IMG/VR virus record: IMGVR_UViG_3300032677_000031
Span: 1-63,134 of that record
Origin: a virus
Taxonomy: Duplodnaviria; Caudoviricetes
Reading direction: 5' to 3' (one strand)
Length of the DNA stretch: 63,134 nt
The position numbers and the translations under genes are program-made. This document shows, piece by piece, positions 15,391 through 24,854 of this stretch. Below the pieces are notes generated by a model. That model ran no database searches. It saw nothing but the letters and a program-made list of their open reading frames with translations, and was not told the DNA's origin. The number at the start of each line of letters is the position of its first letter. Position 1 is the first letter of the stretch.

Positions 15391-16589
15391 TGGAAACAGC
15401 ACACGCCAAATACGGCCCCTCTGGGGCAAAGAACCGGCGCATCTGCCGCGGTCACCGCGGTATGCCCGGAAGCAGCGAAGCCAGCGAGCAGGGAGACCGC
15501 CTGCACGCTGTATGCGAGCACGACGGTGATGAGGAGGCAGCAGCAGCCTCATACCTCAAGAACAAGGGCAAGCAGTGGGTAGACCTGACCCCTGAGGAGT
15601 GGGAGTGGGTTAACACCGCGCTCGAGTATGTCCGCAACATTCCTTCAAGCGCACAGCTGACCGAGTACAAAGTCAACTTGACTCCGCTAGGTTTCGAGGG
15701 CATGGACTTTGGTACCGCCGATCTGATCAAGATCCAGAGCTCCGATACCATACACATGGTTGACTACAAGTTTGGCTGGGGTGCGATTGACGACGTCGAA
15801 GGCAATGATCAGTTCATCATCTACGCCCTCGGTCTCTTCGCCAACATGCCCGATGTCCAGACGATCAACGTCCACATGGTGCAGCCTAAGCTCAACGTCG
15901 TTGACCAGCACACCTTCACCCGCGCTGACGTACCCTTCCTGCACGAGTCCATCAAGCAGGTGCACGATGAGGTTGTTGCCTTCGAGCGCACCAAAGACCT
16001 GAGCCTGCTCAACGTTGACCCCATCAACTGCGAGCGCTGCCGCCATCAAGGCAGCTGCCCCAAGTGGCATGAGCTCGGAATCGCTACCGCCGAGGTAGTC
16101 AACGAGAACAGCCTCACCAAGTACGAGGAGCCTAAGAACCAGCTGATCCCCGGGATGATTCCCGACCTGATCAACCAGAGCTGGGACGTAACAAGCGCTG
16201 ACCCTGTCCGCGTCGCACAGTTTTTAGCCTGTGTGCCGGCCTTCGAGGCATTCCTCTCCAAGTTTAAGAAGTTCGCCCTCGAGGTTAACAACCAAGTAGG
16301 CGAGCTACCCGGATTTTCAGTCGTATCCACGGCTGGGAAAAGCGAGCTCATCAGCCCCGTTGATGTCGTCAAGGTTGTGTCGGAGAAATTCGACCTGACC
16401 CCTAACGAGATCATCGGGACGATGAAGCCGTCATTAACTGAGCTCAAGACGCTGGTGTCTTCCAAGGCGCCGCGAGGTGACAAGGCCAAACATGCGGAGG
16501 CAGTCGTAGAGGCTCTCTCCGACAGCGGCCTGATCCTCCGGCAGGAAGGCGGCAGCTACTTGAAGCGCAAGGCAACAAAAACAAAGTAG
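15390..16589 (+). CDS. Cas4-like PD-(D/E)xK exonuclease (DUF2800-like)
   Basis: HAKYGPS...C, G..LH, FGTAD, VDYKFG, Q..IYALG, CERC...CP. Confidence 0.82.
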   Translation: METAHAKYGPSGAKNRRICRGHRGMPGSSEASEQGDRLHAVCEHDGDEEAAAASYLKNKGKQWVDLTPEEWEWVNTALEYVRNIPSSAQLTEYKVNLTPLGFEGMDFGTADLIKIQSSDTIHMVDYKFGWGAIDDVEGNDQFIIYALGLFANMPDVQTINVHMVQPKLNVVDQHTFTRADVPFLHESIKQVHDEVVAFERTKDLSLLNVDPINCERCRHQGSCPKWHELGIATAEVVNENSLTKYEEPKNQLIPGMIPDLINQSWDVTSADPVRVAQFLACVPAFEAFLSKFKKFALEVNNQVGELPGFSVVSTAGKSELISPVDVVKVVSEKFDLTPNEIIGTMKPSLTELKTLVSSKAPRGDKAKHAEAVVEALSDSGLILRQEGGSYLKRKATKTK

Positions 16590-16610
16590 AACCTAAACAA
16601 ACATAGTAAT

Positions 16611-17549
16611 ATGGCACGTACAGAACTAAAACCACTGGGCAAGCCCCAGACCCCTGCAGCCTCCACCGAGGCAGCACCCGCACCCCGCAAGTTGGGGGAA
16701 GTCAAGCCCGTCGCTAAAACTGGCCTCCAGCCCTTGGGAGCCCCTCTCAAGAAGTCACCCGAACCACTTGTAGAAGCTGAGATCATTGTCAATGACATCG
16801 AGGCCGTCACCGAGGATGGCGAGAAGATTCAGGTAGCCGAGGCAATCATCCCTGCCGGCACTGAGCTCGTAATCCGCGAGGAAGCCCCGCTAGTCGTAGC
16901 CTCTGCAGCTGCCCCCGCTTTTGTGCTAGGTCAGGTGTCCGGTCCGATCGACCAGAGCGACATCTACCGCCCACGCCTCGAGCTCTCACAGTCTGTGGGA
17001 CCGCTCATGGAAGCAGGCTTTGCCCCCGGTCAGATCGTTCTGGCCAAGGAGCACGCCATCTGGGCTGACGGATACGATCCCCTCAAGATCACCCTGCTCG
17101 CCTCGCGCAAGCAGTTCATCGAGGACGTACCCTACGGCAGCGGTCAGGAGCAGCGCATCTTCAACTCTCCTCAGGAAGTGAAGGCCGCCGGTCTCCACAC
17201 CGAGTGGTACGACAACACCCCGCCTCCAGTCTTCCCACGCTTGACCTGTGTGGCTCTGATCCAGAAGCCAGACTACGTCGAGGGATGCGAAGCCTTTGGT
17301 CTCGAGGTGCAGGGCAACCTGTACGCGATCGCCGAGTTACGCTGGGATGGCGCTGCCTACAGCCGCGCTGCCAAGACCGTCCTAACGGCGGCCTCAGGCA
17401 TCCTCGGCAAGGGTCTGCACCGCGGTGTGTGGAACTACTCCTGCGAGCGTGCAAAGCTCAAGGTGAACACCGTGACGGTTCCCGTCATCAAGTTCGCCGG
17501 CATGCATTCCGAGGAGTTTGTCAAGGCCGTCAGCGACCTCGCTTGGTAA
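16611..17549 (+). CDS. putative single-stranded DNA-binding/annealing protein
   Basis: Position between nuclease and polymerase; PRLEL.Q....G pattern; strong codon bias. Confidence 0.5.
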   Translation: MARTELKPLGKPQTPAASTEAAPAPRKLGEVKPVAKTGLQPLGAPLKKSPEPLVEAEIIVNDIEAVTEDGEKIQVAEAIIPAGTELVIREEAPLVVASAAAPAFVLGQVSGPIDQSDIYRPRLELSQSVGPLMEAGFAPGQIVLAKEHAIWADGYDPLKITLLASRKQFIEDVPYGSGQEQRIFNSPQEVKAAGLHTEWYDNTPPPVFPRLTCVALIQKPDYVEGCEAFGLEVQGNLYAIAELRWDGAAYSRAAKTVLTAASGILGKGLHRGVWNYSCERAKLKVNTVTVPVIKFAGMHSEEFVKAVSDLAW

Positions 17550-17550
17550 A

Positions 17551-18093
17551 ATGGAAGTCTCCCTCACACATCTATCAGCGGTGCGTGGGGAGGTGAGAGG
17601 CTATTGGGAGTGCCGGGTCCTATCCCCGGCGCTCCTCTGGGCCTTTCCCGCCCTATCTCGAGCTCGCTGCCAGATTGACTATACCCACGAAGAGCTAAAC
17701 ACTGATCGGCCATCATTTTGGCCTGCTGGTGTCAAGGATGCCCCTCTGGATGTCGAGATGCCCACTCATTCTGATCATCCCGGGCTACGCAGCCTGCGGG
17801 ACGAAGCCGATCGCTGTTGGGACATGGCGTTCGAGCAAATGAAGGACCGTGGTGAGTGGCTGCGCCTCATGGGTGCCGCCCCTTGCATGGCCAACACACT
17901 CCTGATGCCATTTCAGGAGATAGAATTTGTCCTACGATTTGAAAACACAGAACAGAAATTTGAAGAATTATTGAACGAACTTTGTAACCAAAATGGATAC
18001 CCGGAAACTAGGCTACTAGGCTACTCGCTATGCAATCAGACAATCTACCAACCCAAGACCCCGGCACCGGAATGGGTGCTCAAACGACTATAA
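17551..18093 (+). CDS. degenerate ThyX-like protein
   Basis: ANTLLMPFQEIEFVL...YPETRLL resembles phage ThyX-like C-terminus; RHRxxS-type motif absent. Confidence 0.4.
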   Translation: MEVSLTHLSAVRGEVRGYWECRVLSPALLWAFPALSRARCQIDYTHEELNTDRPSFWPAGVKDAPLDVEMPTHSDHPGLRSLRDEADRCWDMAFEQMKDRGEWLRLMGAAPCMANTLLMPFQEIEFVLRFENTEQKFEELLNELCNQNGYPETRLLGYSLCNQTIYQPKTPAPEWVLKRL

Positions 18094-19853
18094 AATATGC
18101 TGCAATCGACTTTGAAACTACATACCACAAAGGCCAAGTTGACATTGGTTCACTGGGAGTATGGCATTACCTACGCCATCCTCGCTGCACCATTTACATG
18201 GTCTCTGTTTTTACGGAAGCTGGAACTTTTGTGGGTCACCCTGCTGATTTTGATTTTGAAAGCATACGTGATTGCGAGTGGATTTCCCACAATGCAGCTT
18301 TCGATCAAGAAGTCTACATCCGGCTTCAAGAACTTGAGTTAGCCCCTGACTGGATGCCACGCAAGTGGCATTGCAGCGCCAACATGACGGCGTTCTTTGG
18401 TGCCAGCGAGCGCAATCTCGCTGACGCTGCCCGCGTGCACTTGGGTCTCGACCTGAGCAAGGACGTGCGTGATGCCATGAACAAGAAGACATGGGACGAC
18501 ATCCGCAGGGACGAAGCTTTCCACGAAGAGGTGAAGAGCTATGCCCTGCGTGACGCCGAGGTCTGCTATGCCCTCTGGATGGCGAAGAAAGACCAGTGGC
18601 CAGCCCGGGAGCAGGAACTAAGTGCCTTGACCATGTACCAAGTCCGCCGCGGCCTTCCTTGCGATCAGGATTATCTGAACGCGAGCATTCAAAACCTGTC
18701 GGTGGCTGCATTTGAGGCCGTGCACCGGTTACCTTGGGCAGATGGGGATGAGGAAAAGGCATTATCGGACATCTTGTTTGCCGCAGAGTGCCGCAAGCTT
18801 GGCATTGAACCCCCGCGCAGTAAGGCCAAGGGAAGCCTCGAGGCACTTGACTGGGAAGAGCAGCACCCGGAAATTAACTGGATTGCTGACCGCCGCACCT
18901 ACCTGCGGGCAAATCTCCTGCGTACCAAGCTGCTGACCATGAAGGATCGTATACGCGACGATGGCCGGATCCATTTTGGCGTCAAATACTTTGGCGCTCA
19001 CACCGGTCGCTGGTCTGGGGATACGAAACTCAACGTTCAGGGGTTGACCAAGGAGACCCTTCACGGTGCTAATCAGCGCCGAGTCATCTGCGTGCAGGAC
19101 CCCTCGAAAAAGCTCATCATCGCCGATCTTAGCCAGATCGAGCCACGGGTACTTGCTTGGGTTGTAGGCGACTGGCCGTTCCTCGAGATCTGCCGTACGC
19201 AATCCGTATACGAGGCACACGCACGTCTTACGCTTGGGTGGAAAGGCGGTGTTCTCAAGAAAGAGAACCCCGACATGTACGCCCTTGCAAAGGCACGTGT
19301 TCTGGGTCTCGGGTATGGCTCCGGACCTACGACCTTCCGCGAGTTTGCTAAAATCTATGGCGTAAATCTTACACCTCAGGAGGCCAAGAAGACTGTCAAT
19401 GATTTTCGTACAAAAGAATATCGAGTCGTTGATTTCTGGAATCAGCTCGACGAAGACCTCAAGCTCAGTGCCCGCAGGGAAGAGGATTACGTTGTACCTC
19501 TCCCCTCCGGTCGAGACTTGGTTTACCGCGACTGCCATTATGCAAAGACCTCGACAGGAAAGACTAACGTCAAAGCCCGCATGAGCGGAGGCCGCTGGGG
19601 TTTTACGTGGGGCTCCAAGATTGCCGAGAATGTCATTCAGGCTATTGCCCGGGACGTTTTCTGCGAGTGTCTTTTAAGACTTGAAGCCGCCGGCCTACAA
19701 AGTATCTTTACCGTCCACGACGAGGTGATCCTCGAGGTGGATAGATCCGTTACAACCCATGAAGTTCAAGACATCATCAAAATAAATCCAGACTGGATGC
19801 CAGACGTTCCGCTCGATAGCGAAGCCGAAGAATCCGATTACTATAAAAAATAA
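18072..19853 (+). CDS. polA: family A DNA polymerase with 3'-5' exonuclease
   Basis: IDFET, HNAAFD, YALRD; HTGRWSG; motif A ADLSQIEPR, motif B AKARVLGLGYG, motif C VHDE. Confidence 0.93.
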   Translation: MGAQTTIKYAAIDFETTYHKGQVDIGSLGVWHYLRHPRCTIYMVSVFTEAGTFVGHPADFDFESIRDCEWISHNAAFDQEVYIRLQELELAPDWMPRKWHCSANMTAFFGASERNLADAARVHLGLDLSKDVRDAMNKKTWDDIRRDEAFHEEVKSYALRDAEVCYALWMAKKDQWPAREQELSALTMYQVRRGLPCDQDYLNASIQNLSVAAFEAVHRLPWADGDEEKALSDILFAAECRKLGIEPPRSKAKGSLEALDWEEQHPEINWIADRRTYLRANLLRTKLLTMKDRIRDDGRIHFGVKYFGAHTGRWSGDTKLNVQGLTKETLHGANQRRVICVQDPSKKLIIADLSQIEPRVLAWVVGDWPFLEICRTQSVYEAHARLTLGWKGGVLKKENPDMYALAKARVLGLGYGSGPTTFREFAKIYGVNLTPQEAKKTVNDFRTKEYRVVDFWNQLDEDLKLSARREEDYVVPLPSGRDLVYRDCHYAKTSTGKTNVKARMSGGRWGFTWGSKIAENVIQAIARDVFCECLLRLEAAGLQSIFTVHDEVILEVDRSVTTHEVQDIIKINPDWMPDVPLDSEAEESDYYKK

Positions 19854-19857
19854 ACCG

Positions 19858-21969
19858 ATGAACGCAGTCCTTTTTCCCTGCCTCAAGAACCTAGCTCAGA
19901 CCGACACGCATGAAGAATGCCCTTGGCTTTATCAAGCAAACCCTTTCTCAACAGCAAATGCCAATGCCTACAAAACATGGCGCAAGCAGCCCAATACCGA
20001 GCACCTGTTCTACAGCGGAATCGTCGGACAGGCGCCTACTATTAGGGTCTCTGAGAATAACCCACCCCGCGAGATTCGTGCCATCATTGCCGACTACGAC
20101 GCGCCGATCAGCGACGAAGGGCTGACCGAAGGTCTCAAGCAGGCGAGCAAGTATTACACTCCGACAATCGTTCACCGGACACCTACCTCCGGGGGTTTCC
20201 GTTTGATCTGGCTGCTTGAGAGACCTCTCCTGCTACCCAATTATGACGTAGCCAAGCGGTTCTTAAAAGCTGCTGCAAAGTATCTCCACGCAAAGAGCCT
20301 ACTTGCCGGATATGACGATCAGGCATTCGAGAACCCTAATCTCTATTACGATGTCGGTCACTCGTGGCTCGAAGCCGGAGGCGATCCGATACCTTGGGTC
20401 GATGCCTGCGGCTGGCTTGTCAAGGTCTCCGAGAAAGCCAAGTGGTCAGGCGATACCGTACCTATCGAGATCCTTGCCGCCGAGGTAGCCGACCGGTTCC
20501 CCGGGCGCTGGCAGGGAGAGTTTGTCGAGGGTGCCCGCGGCTGCAGGTTCTGGGACCCAACCGGTGACAATCCGACGGCTGCCATCGTACGCCCGACCGG
20601 AATGCAGTGCTTTACAGGGCTCGAGCCATTTGTCCCGTGGTCTGCAATCTTTGGCCGCGGGTTTGTCGAGAAGGTATCTTCCCGCAAGCTCGGGGAGATG
20701 CTCGAGGGCATTTATTACGACGGCGACAACTATTGGATCCAAAGCCCTACGGGCAAGTGGGAGCCGCATGCCGAGCGAGAGATGTCGCGTCACCTCAAGG
20801 TATTTAACGGCCTCTCCGCCGACCGTATCGAGGGCAAGACCTTTAGCGAGGTGGACGAGGCTCTGCACCTGATTGGTCAAAATTGCAGAGTCGGAGGGGC
20901 AGCACCGTTTATCTTCCAGCCACCCGGCCCCATCGACTTCATGGGCGAGAGGATTCTCAACATCTCGAACGTCAAGGTACTTCCTGCCGCGGATGAGGCC
21001 GGTGAGTGGGGTGAGAATTTCCCTTGGGTCGGTAATTTCCTAACGCAACTATTTGAGCCGGATGGTCAGCTTGAATTTATGCTCGCTTGGCTCAAGCGTT
21101 TCTATTGCAGCGCCCGCGATGGAAAGCTGCTGCAGGGTCAAGCGGTATTCCTTGCCGGCGATACAGGCCGCGGAAAGACGTTCTTCTCCAACCGTATTGT
21201 CGGGGCTCTGGTCGGCGGGCATGCCGATGCCTCGCAGTATTTGATGGGCAAGACCAACTTCAACAAGGATCTCTTCCACAAGCCATTCTGGACGGTGGAC
21301 GATGCCTTGCCGGGCGACAATAACCAAGATCACAAGGCATTCGGTACAATGATCAAGCGGGTTACCGCAAACAACATGTTTGAGTTCCACGCCAAGTTCC
21401 GCGACGCCTGTCAGGTGGCTTGGAGTGGCCGAGTCATGGTCACCGGTAACCTCGATGCGGACTCCCTGCGTATCATCCCTGATCTCGATACCTCGATCCT
21501 CGACAAGCTGCTCCTATTCAAGGCAGCCCCTCGGGTCTCGCACTTCCCAGAAAAGCACGAGCTGGAAGCAATCGTACGCCGGGAGCTTCCACACCTTGCC
21601 GCCTATCTGGTGTCCTACAGCCCTCCTGAGCGTGTACTGGATCCAGACCCACGTTATGGAGTCGCCCGCTATCATCACCCGTTCCTCAAGCAGGCCGCCG
21701 GTGAGTCTCAGGATGCGTCTACGGTACGCGAGATCATCCAGAAATTCCTTGTGGATCATCCCCGCGACTTTGAGGGCACTGCGGTTGAACTATTGCAGCA
21801 GCTCTACATCGAGGACACCAACAAGCTACTCCTCGGGGGTGCCGGCAGCAACCGTGCCCGCTGGATGAGCATTCAGCTCGGAAAGCTCGAGGCCAAGGGC
21901 GACGGGTTTGTACAGACCATCAACTACCGCAACCGAAACAAGATTTGGAGGATCAAAAAGAACCCTTAA
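19858..21969 (+). CDS. primase-helicase (N-terminal primase-like, C-terminal P-loop NTPase)
   Basis: IIADYD and TPTSGGFRLIW; GDTGRGKT Walker A, TVDD Walker B; follows polA. Confidence 0.8.
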   Translation: MNAVLFPCLKNLAQTDTHEECPWLYQANPFSTANANAYKTWRKQPNTEHLFYSGIVGQAPTIRVSENNPPREIRAIIADYDAPISDEGLTEGLKQASKYYTPTIVHRTPTSGGFRLIWLLERPLLLPNYDVAKRFLKAAAKYLHAKSLLAGYDDQAFENPNLYYDVGHSWLEAGGDPIPWVDACGWLVKVSEKAKWSGDTVPIEILAAEVADRFPGRWQGEFVEGARGCRFWDPTGDNPTAAIVRPTGMQCFTGLEPFVPWSAIFGRGFVEKVSSRKLGEMLEGIYYDGDNYWIQSPTGKWEPHAEREMSRHLKVFNGLSADRIEGKTFSEVDEALHLIGQNCRVGGAAPFIFQPPGPIDFMGERILNISNVKVLPAADEAGEWGENFPWVGNFLTQLFEPDGQLEFMLAWLKRFYCSARDGKLLQGQAVFLAGDTGRGKTFFSNRIVGALVGGHADASQYLMGKTNFNKDLFHKPFWTVDDALPGDNNQDHKAFGTMIKRVTANNMFEFHAKFRDACQVAWSGRVMVTGNLDADSLRIIPDLDTSILDKLLLFKAAPRVSHFPEKHELEAIVRRELPHLAAYLVSYSPPERVLDPDPRYGVARYHHPFLKQAAGESQDASTVREIIQKFLVDHPRDFEGTAVELLQQLYIEDTNKLLLGGAGSNRARWMSIQLGKLEAKGDGFVQTINYRNRNKIWRIKKNP

Positions 21970-22250
21970 GAAGCGCTGGAACCAGCGTGATCCGAGTTCA
22001 GATAAGTAACGCCCACGGGGTAATGGTTTGCAGCACGCGAAAGATACGTGACTACGTCAACTACGAGTTGGGCATACTTGGAGTAGCCACGCTCAATGCG
22101 ACCTAGCTCGTCGGTGAAGAAGCAATACTTCTTGGCCAGCGTGTCTTGGTAGACCTGAACCCCATTGACAATGGAGTAAGGCTGCAGGATGCGCTTTTGG
22201 AGGCGATACTGAGTGTCGGGGGAGAAAAATGAGTCGTGGCGGTAGCGCAT
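21966..22250 (-). CDS. hypothetical protein, last gene of the - arm
   Basis: ATG start MRYRHDS (ORF open to 22268); stop overlaps the primase stop (TTAA). Confidence 0.6.
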   Translation of the reverse strand: MRYRHDSFFSPDTQYRLQKRILQPYSIVNGVQVYQDTLAKKYCFFTDELGRIERGYSKYAQLVVDVVTYLSRAANHYPVGVTYLNSDHAGSSAS

Positions 22251-22282
22251 GGTTGAAACGTAAGACAACCGAGGCTATCTCG

Positions 22283-22675
22283 TCAATCAGAAAGTGCTTC
22301 CTCTACCGCATCTCCGGATGCCTGTACCCAATCATTGTGATCATCCCAATCGTGGTTCAGGGCCTCAGCAACTATCCTTTCTACCTGAGTGGCAATGAGA
22401 TGCTGCTTGTGGTAAGGGGCATCTGGATGGTCGCCGGGCTCCTCGAGGCTTGGGTTGTCAATATCCCACTGGGATACGGCCTCCTCCTCGATGCCGGCCT
22501 CTTTGCAGAGAAAGGCTTCGACCATCTCGTGCAGGGCAACTAGGAAGGCACTGCGGTCGTTCTTTTCATGCTCCGCCACCGTCACGTGGAGATGGCCGTC
22601 CTCGTTGAACAGCCAATCTCCACAGGTGGGGTACCGCAAGCACTCAGGTGCTTGGGTCTTGAGGGTGATTTTCAT
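22283..22675 (-). CDS. putative metal-binding protein (HExxE...H)
   Basis: RYPTCGDW...LVALHEMVEAFLC...EPGD.PDAPYHKQH. Confidence 0.65.
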   Translation of the reverse strand: MKITLKTQAPECLRYPTCGDWLFNEDGHLHVTVAEHEKNDRSAFLVALHEMVEAFLCKEAGIEEEAVSQWDIDNPSLEEPGDHPDAPYHKQHLIATQVERIVAEALNHDWDDHNDWVQASGDAVEEALSD

Positions 22676-23337
22676 AGAGGCTGGAGTTCGTGTGGGAGTT
22701 TGTCGGATTTTGAACGGTTTATCCGCATGGGTATTATCTGCATATTGGTATGGATATGATACCCTCCCCTAGAGATAGGTACAATGTGATCTACTTCATG
22801 GGGGATATTTAAGCAATCGGAAACCCTGCGACTACAATCGTATATCGTAGTTATGATGTTTTCCTGACCCCGATGAAGCATTAAAATGGCGTTTCTTTTT
22901 CTGCTTCGGCGTTTAGCAGCAAGCTTGTTGGTTTGGTCAGGGTTAGCCAACCTCCATTTTGTTTTTATTGCTCGACTTTTTTCCCGATTGTTTTCTTGCC
23001 ACTTTCGAGAATACTCAATCCTCCTAGCGCTGCACCTAGTGTCGGAAGCTTTTTTCCGTTTTCTGTGCTCTTCAGGATTCTCTAATCTGAATTGATTTGC
23101 CCTTTTTTTAGCTGCTTCTAATTGATTACTGAAAACCTTGGGGGATGCCCAAATTTCTCGCATGACGTATTCCCCCTTACGCTTTCGGTATTGCTTTACA
23201 TAAGTAGAAAACAAAAAACCATCTGAGATACGAATGTCGCCACGAAGATATTTTCTTACTGTACCGTCAGGAAAAAGTTCCCCCCGTTTTTGACGGGGGT
23301 TCCCTTTGCTCGGTAGGTAGTCTAACTCTTCCGCCAC
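22672..23337 (-). CDS. HNH homing endonuclease
   Basis: HEVDHIVPISRGGYHIHTNMQIIP...N.SK; AT-rich insert. Confidence 0.85.
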   Translation of the reverse strand: MAEELDYLPSKGNPRQKRGELFPDGTVRKYLRGDIRISDGFLFSTYVKQYRKRKGEYVMREIWASPKVFSNQLEAAKKRANQFRLENPEEHRKRKKASDTRCSARRIEYSRKWQENNREKSRAIKTKWRLANPDQTNKLAAKRRSRKRNAILMLHRGQENIITTIYDCSRRVSDCLNIPHEVDHIVPISRGGYHIHTNMQIIPMRINRSKSDKLPHELQPL

Positions 23338-23350
23338 TGAATTAAAATAG

Positions 23351-24652
23351 CTAGTCTTTGAAATAATTCAATCCTAGCTCATCAAGCTTTTTGATTTGTT
23401 CAAGGGCGGTTTCTGTGGATGCCTTGGGAATGTCAATATAATACCCACTGACCCCTTCAGCATTGGCAAAAGCTTGTTCAATGGCGTCCTCAATAGACTC
23501 ATCTGAAAGCCCAACAACGGCCCCAATTTCAGGTAGCTCTCCTTGGATGGGTGAAATATACTCCCGATCCCCAAATTTCATGGAGTTGCGGAGTTTAACA
23601 AATTCCCGAACCTCGGGATCAATGTTGACTGGTTGCCAATTTCCCGGAGCCCAAGAACTATGGATTAGAATTTCTGCCCCATAAGTTGCAGCGGGTTCTG
23701 GATCCACCACAATACCGTGAGCACCATAATATATAATTTCGGAGAAATTTTTGTAAATTAACTGCCAGCATTCATTTGGTGGAGAAGGACTTCTGGTGCA
23801 GGCATCAATCATAAATGGAGATAAATCCTTACCAATTCTGACTTCAGATGACATCCATCCGCGATATTCCCATGCTTTAAAAACGGGTTCCATTCGGTCG
23901 TTGAAACGACGAACAGGTTCTGGAAGATCCTTGTATTTCAAAAATTTTCCGACATAGCAAAGGTCTTTAACCTCAATACCTGCCATGAGCTGAGAAGGTT
24001 GCTTTCCGTCAATTACAAACCCATCAGTTCCAACCTCAACACGGTCAGCAAGCTCTTCTTCAACCGTAAATTCAATGACATCTTTGAGGGGCCCAATCTT
24101 GTGCTCAATCTGATTGATTTTTGGTTCAACGTCCCGGTAATGTTTGCAGGCAAACGTCTCAAAGGTTCCCCTCCACCGGCTCACCTTGCAGTAAAAGGTT
24201 TTCCCGTCATTTTCTTGCAAGAAGACCCTAAGGTTGTCCAAACCTACGATGTGCGTAAATTTACCAACCGGAAGGTCAAGTGCTTTAAGGATAAGCTTCA
24301 TTCCTTCCCGATCCAATTCAGCGCATTCTCCGGTTTTGCATCCCCAAACGGCTTTCCCTTGATCTGCTAGGTATTGCTGGAGAGGTCCGTGGTTTACGTC
24401 AGGGAACACCCAAACGTCAACCTCATCCATATAAGGAAAGGGGCTCAGGACAACTTCAATCTCATCATATCCCGTGCCAATCAAAGACGTCATATTTGGA
24501 AACCCAGATTCCCAAGGCGTGTAAACATAGACTTTCTTGAAATCCTGAGCTAATCGCAAGGCTTGGGAAATAAAAAGCCCGTGGTCTACAAACATGCAGA
24601 CCGCATCGCTGATGTCTTTCAGGTCTTCTTTACGAGGTATTTCTTTTGTCAT
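23351..24652 (-). CDS. PurD-like ATP-grasp ligase
   Basis: AELDR...K..L..L.LPV, VEEE...VEVG.DG, GIEVK, YRG....E..I...PFMIDACTR. Confidence 0.65.
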   Translation of the reverse strand: MTKEIPRKEDLKDISDAVCMFVDHGLFISQALRLAQDFKKVYVYTPWESGFPNMTSLIGTGYDEIEVVLSPFPYMDEVDVWVFPDVNHGPLQQYLADQGKAVWGCKTGECAELDREGMKLILKALDLPVGKFTHIVGLDNLRVFLQENDGKTFYCKVSRWRGTFETFACKHYRDVEPKINQIEHKIGPLKDVIEFTVEEELADRVEVGTDGFVIDGKQPSQLMAGIEVKDLCYVGKFLKYKDLPEPVRRFNDRMEPVFKAWEYRGWMSSEVRIGKDLSPFMIDACTRSPSPPNECWQLIYKNFSEIIYYGAHGIVVDPEPAATYGAEILIHSSWAPGNWQPVNIDPEVREFVKLRNSMKFGDREYISPIQGELPEIGAVVGLSDESIEDAIEQAFANAEGVSGYYIDIPKASTETALEQIKKLDELGLNYFKD

Positions 24653-24657
24653 AAATC

Positions 24658-24813
24658 TTACTTTTTCTTTCCGCGCATGCCGTGTAGCATGTTTGCTTTG
24701 CGTTTCTGTGCGTAGGCAATAGCTACGGCTTGTTTTGGGGGTTTACCGGCAGCGATCTCAGTCTTTATGTTTGACTTGAAAGCTTCCTTCGACGTCGATG
24801 TTTTGAGAGGCAT
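24658..24813 (-). CDS. 51-aa basic protein (not in ORF track)
   Basis: [39 protein letters not shown]..., a widespread small phage protein pattern. Confidence 0.75.
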   Translation of the reverse strand: MPLKTSTSKEAFKSNIKTEIAAGKPPKQAVAIAYAQKRKANMLHGMRGKKK

Positions 24814-24820
24814 GGGCGGA

Positions 24821-24849
24821 AATGTAGGTTATTTTACCTTGTGTGACAA
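24821..24849 (-). promoter_or_regulatory. sigma70-like promoter, probably giving a leaderless mRNA
   Basis: TTGTCA-17 nt-TACATT; ATG at 24813. Confidence 0.55.
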
Positions 24850-24854
24850 GTGAT

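Noticed and set aside
15390-16589. CRISPR-Cas or adaptation system suggested by the Cas4-like gene
   Set aside because: No repeat-spacer array or other cas genes; this nuclease is a normal partner of PolA in such phages
1957-21969. Lysogeny module
   Set aside because: No integrase, ParA or CI-like repressor recognised, although PolA has Leu762
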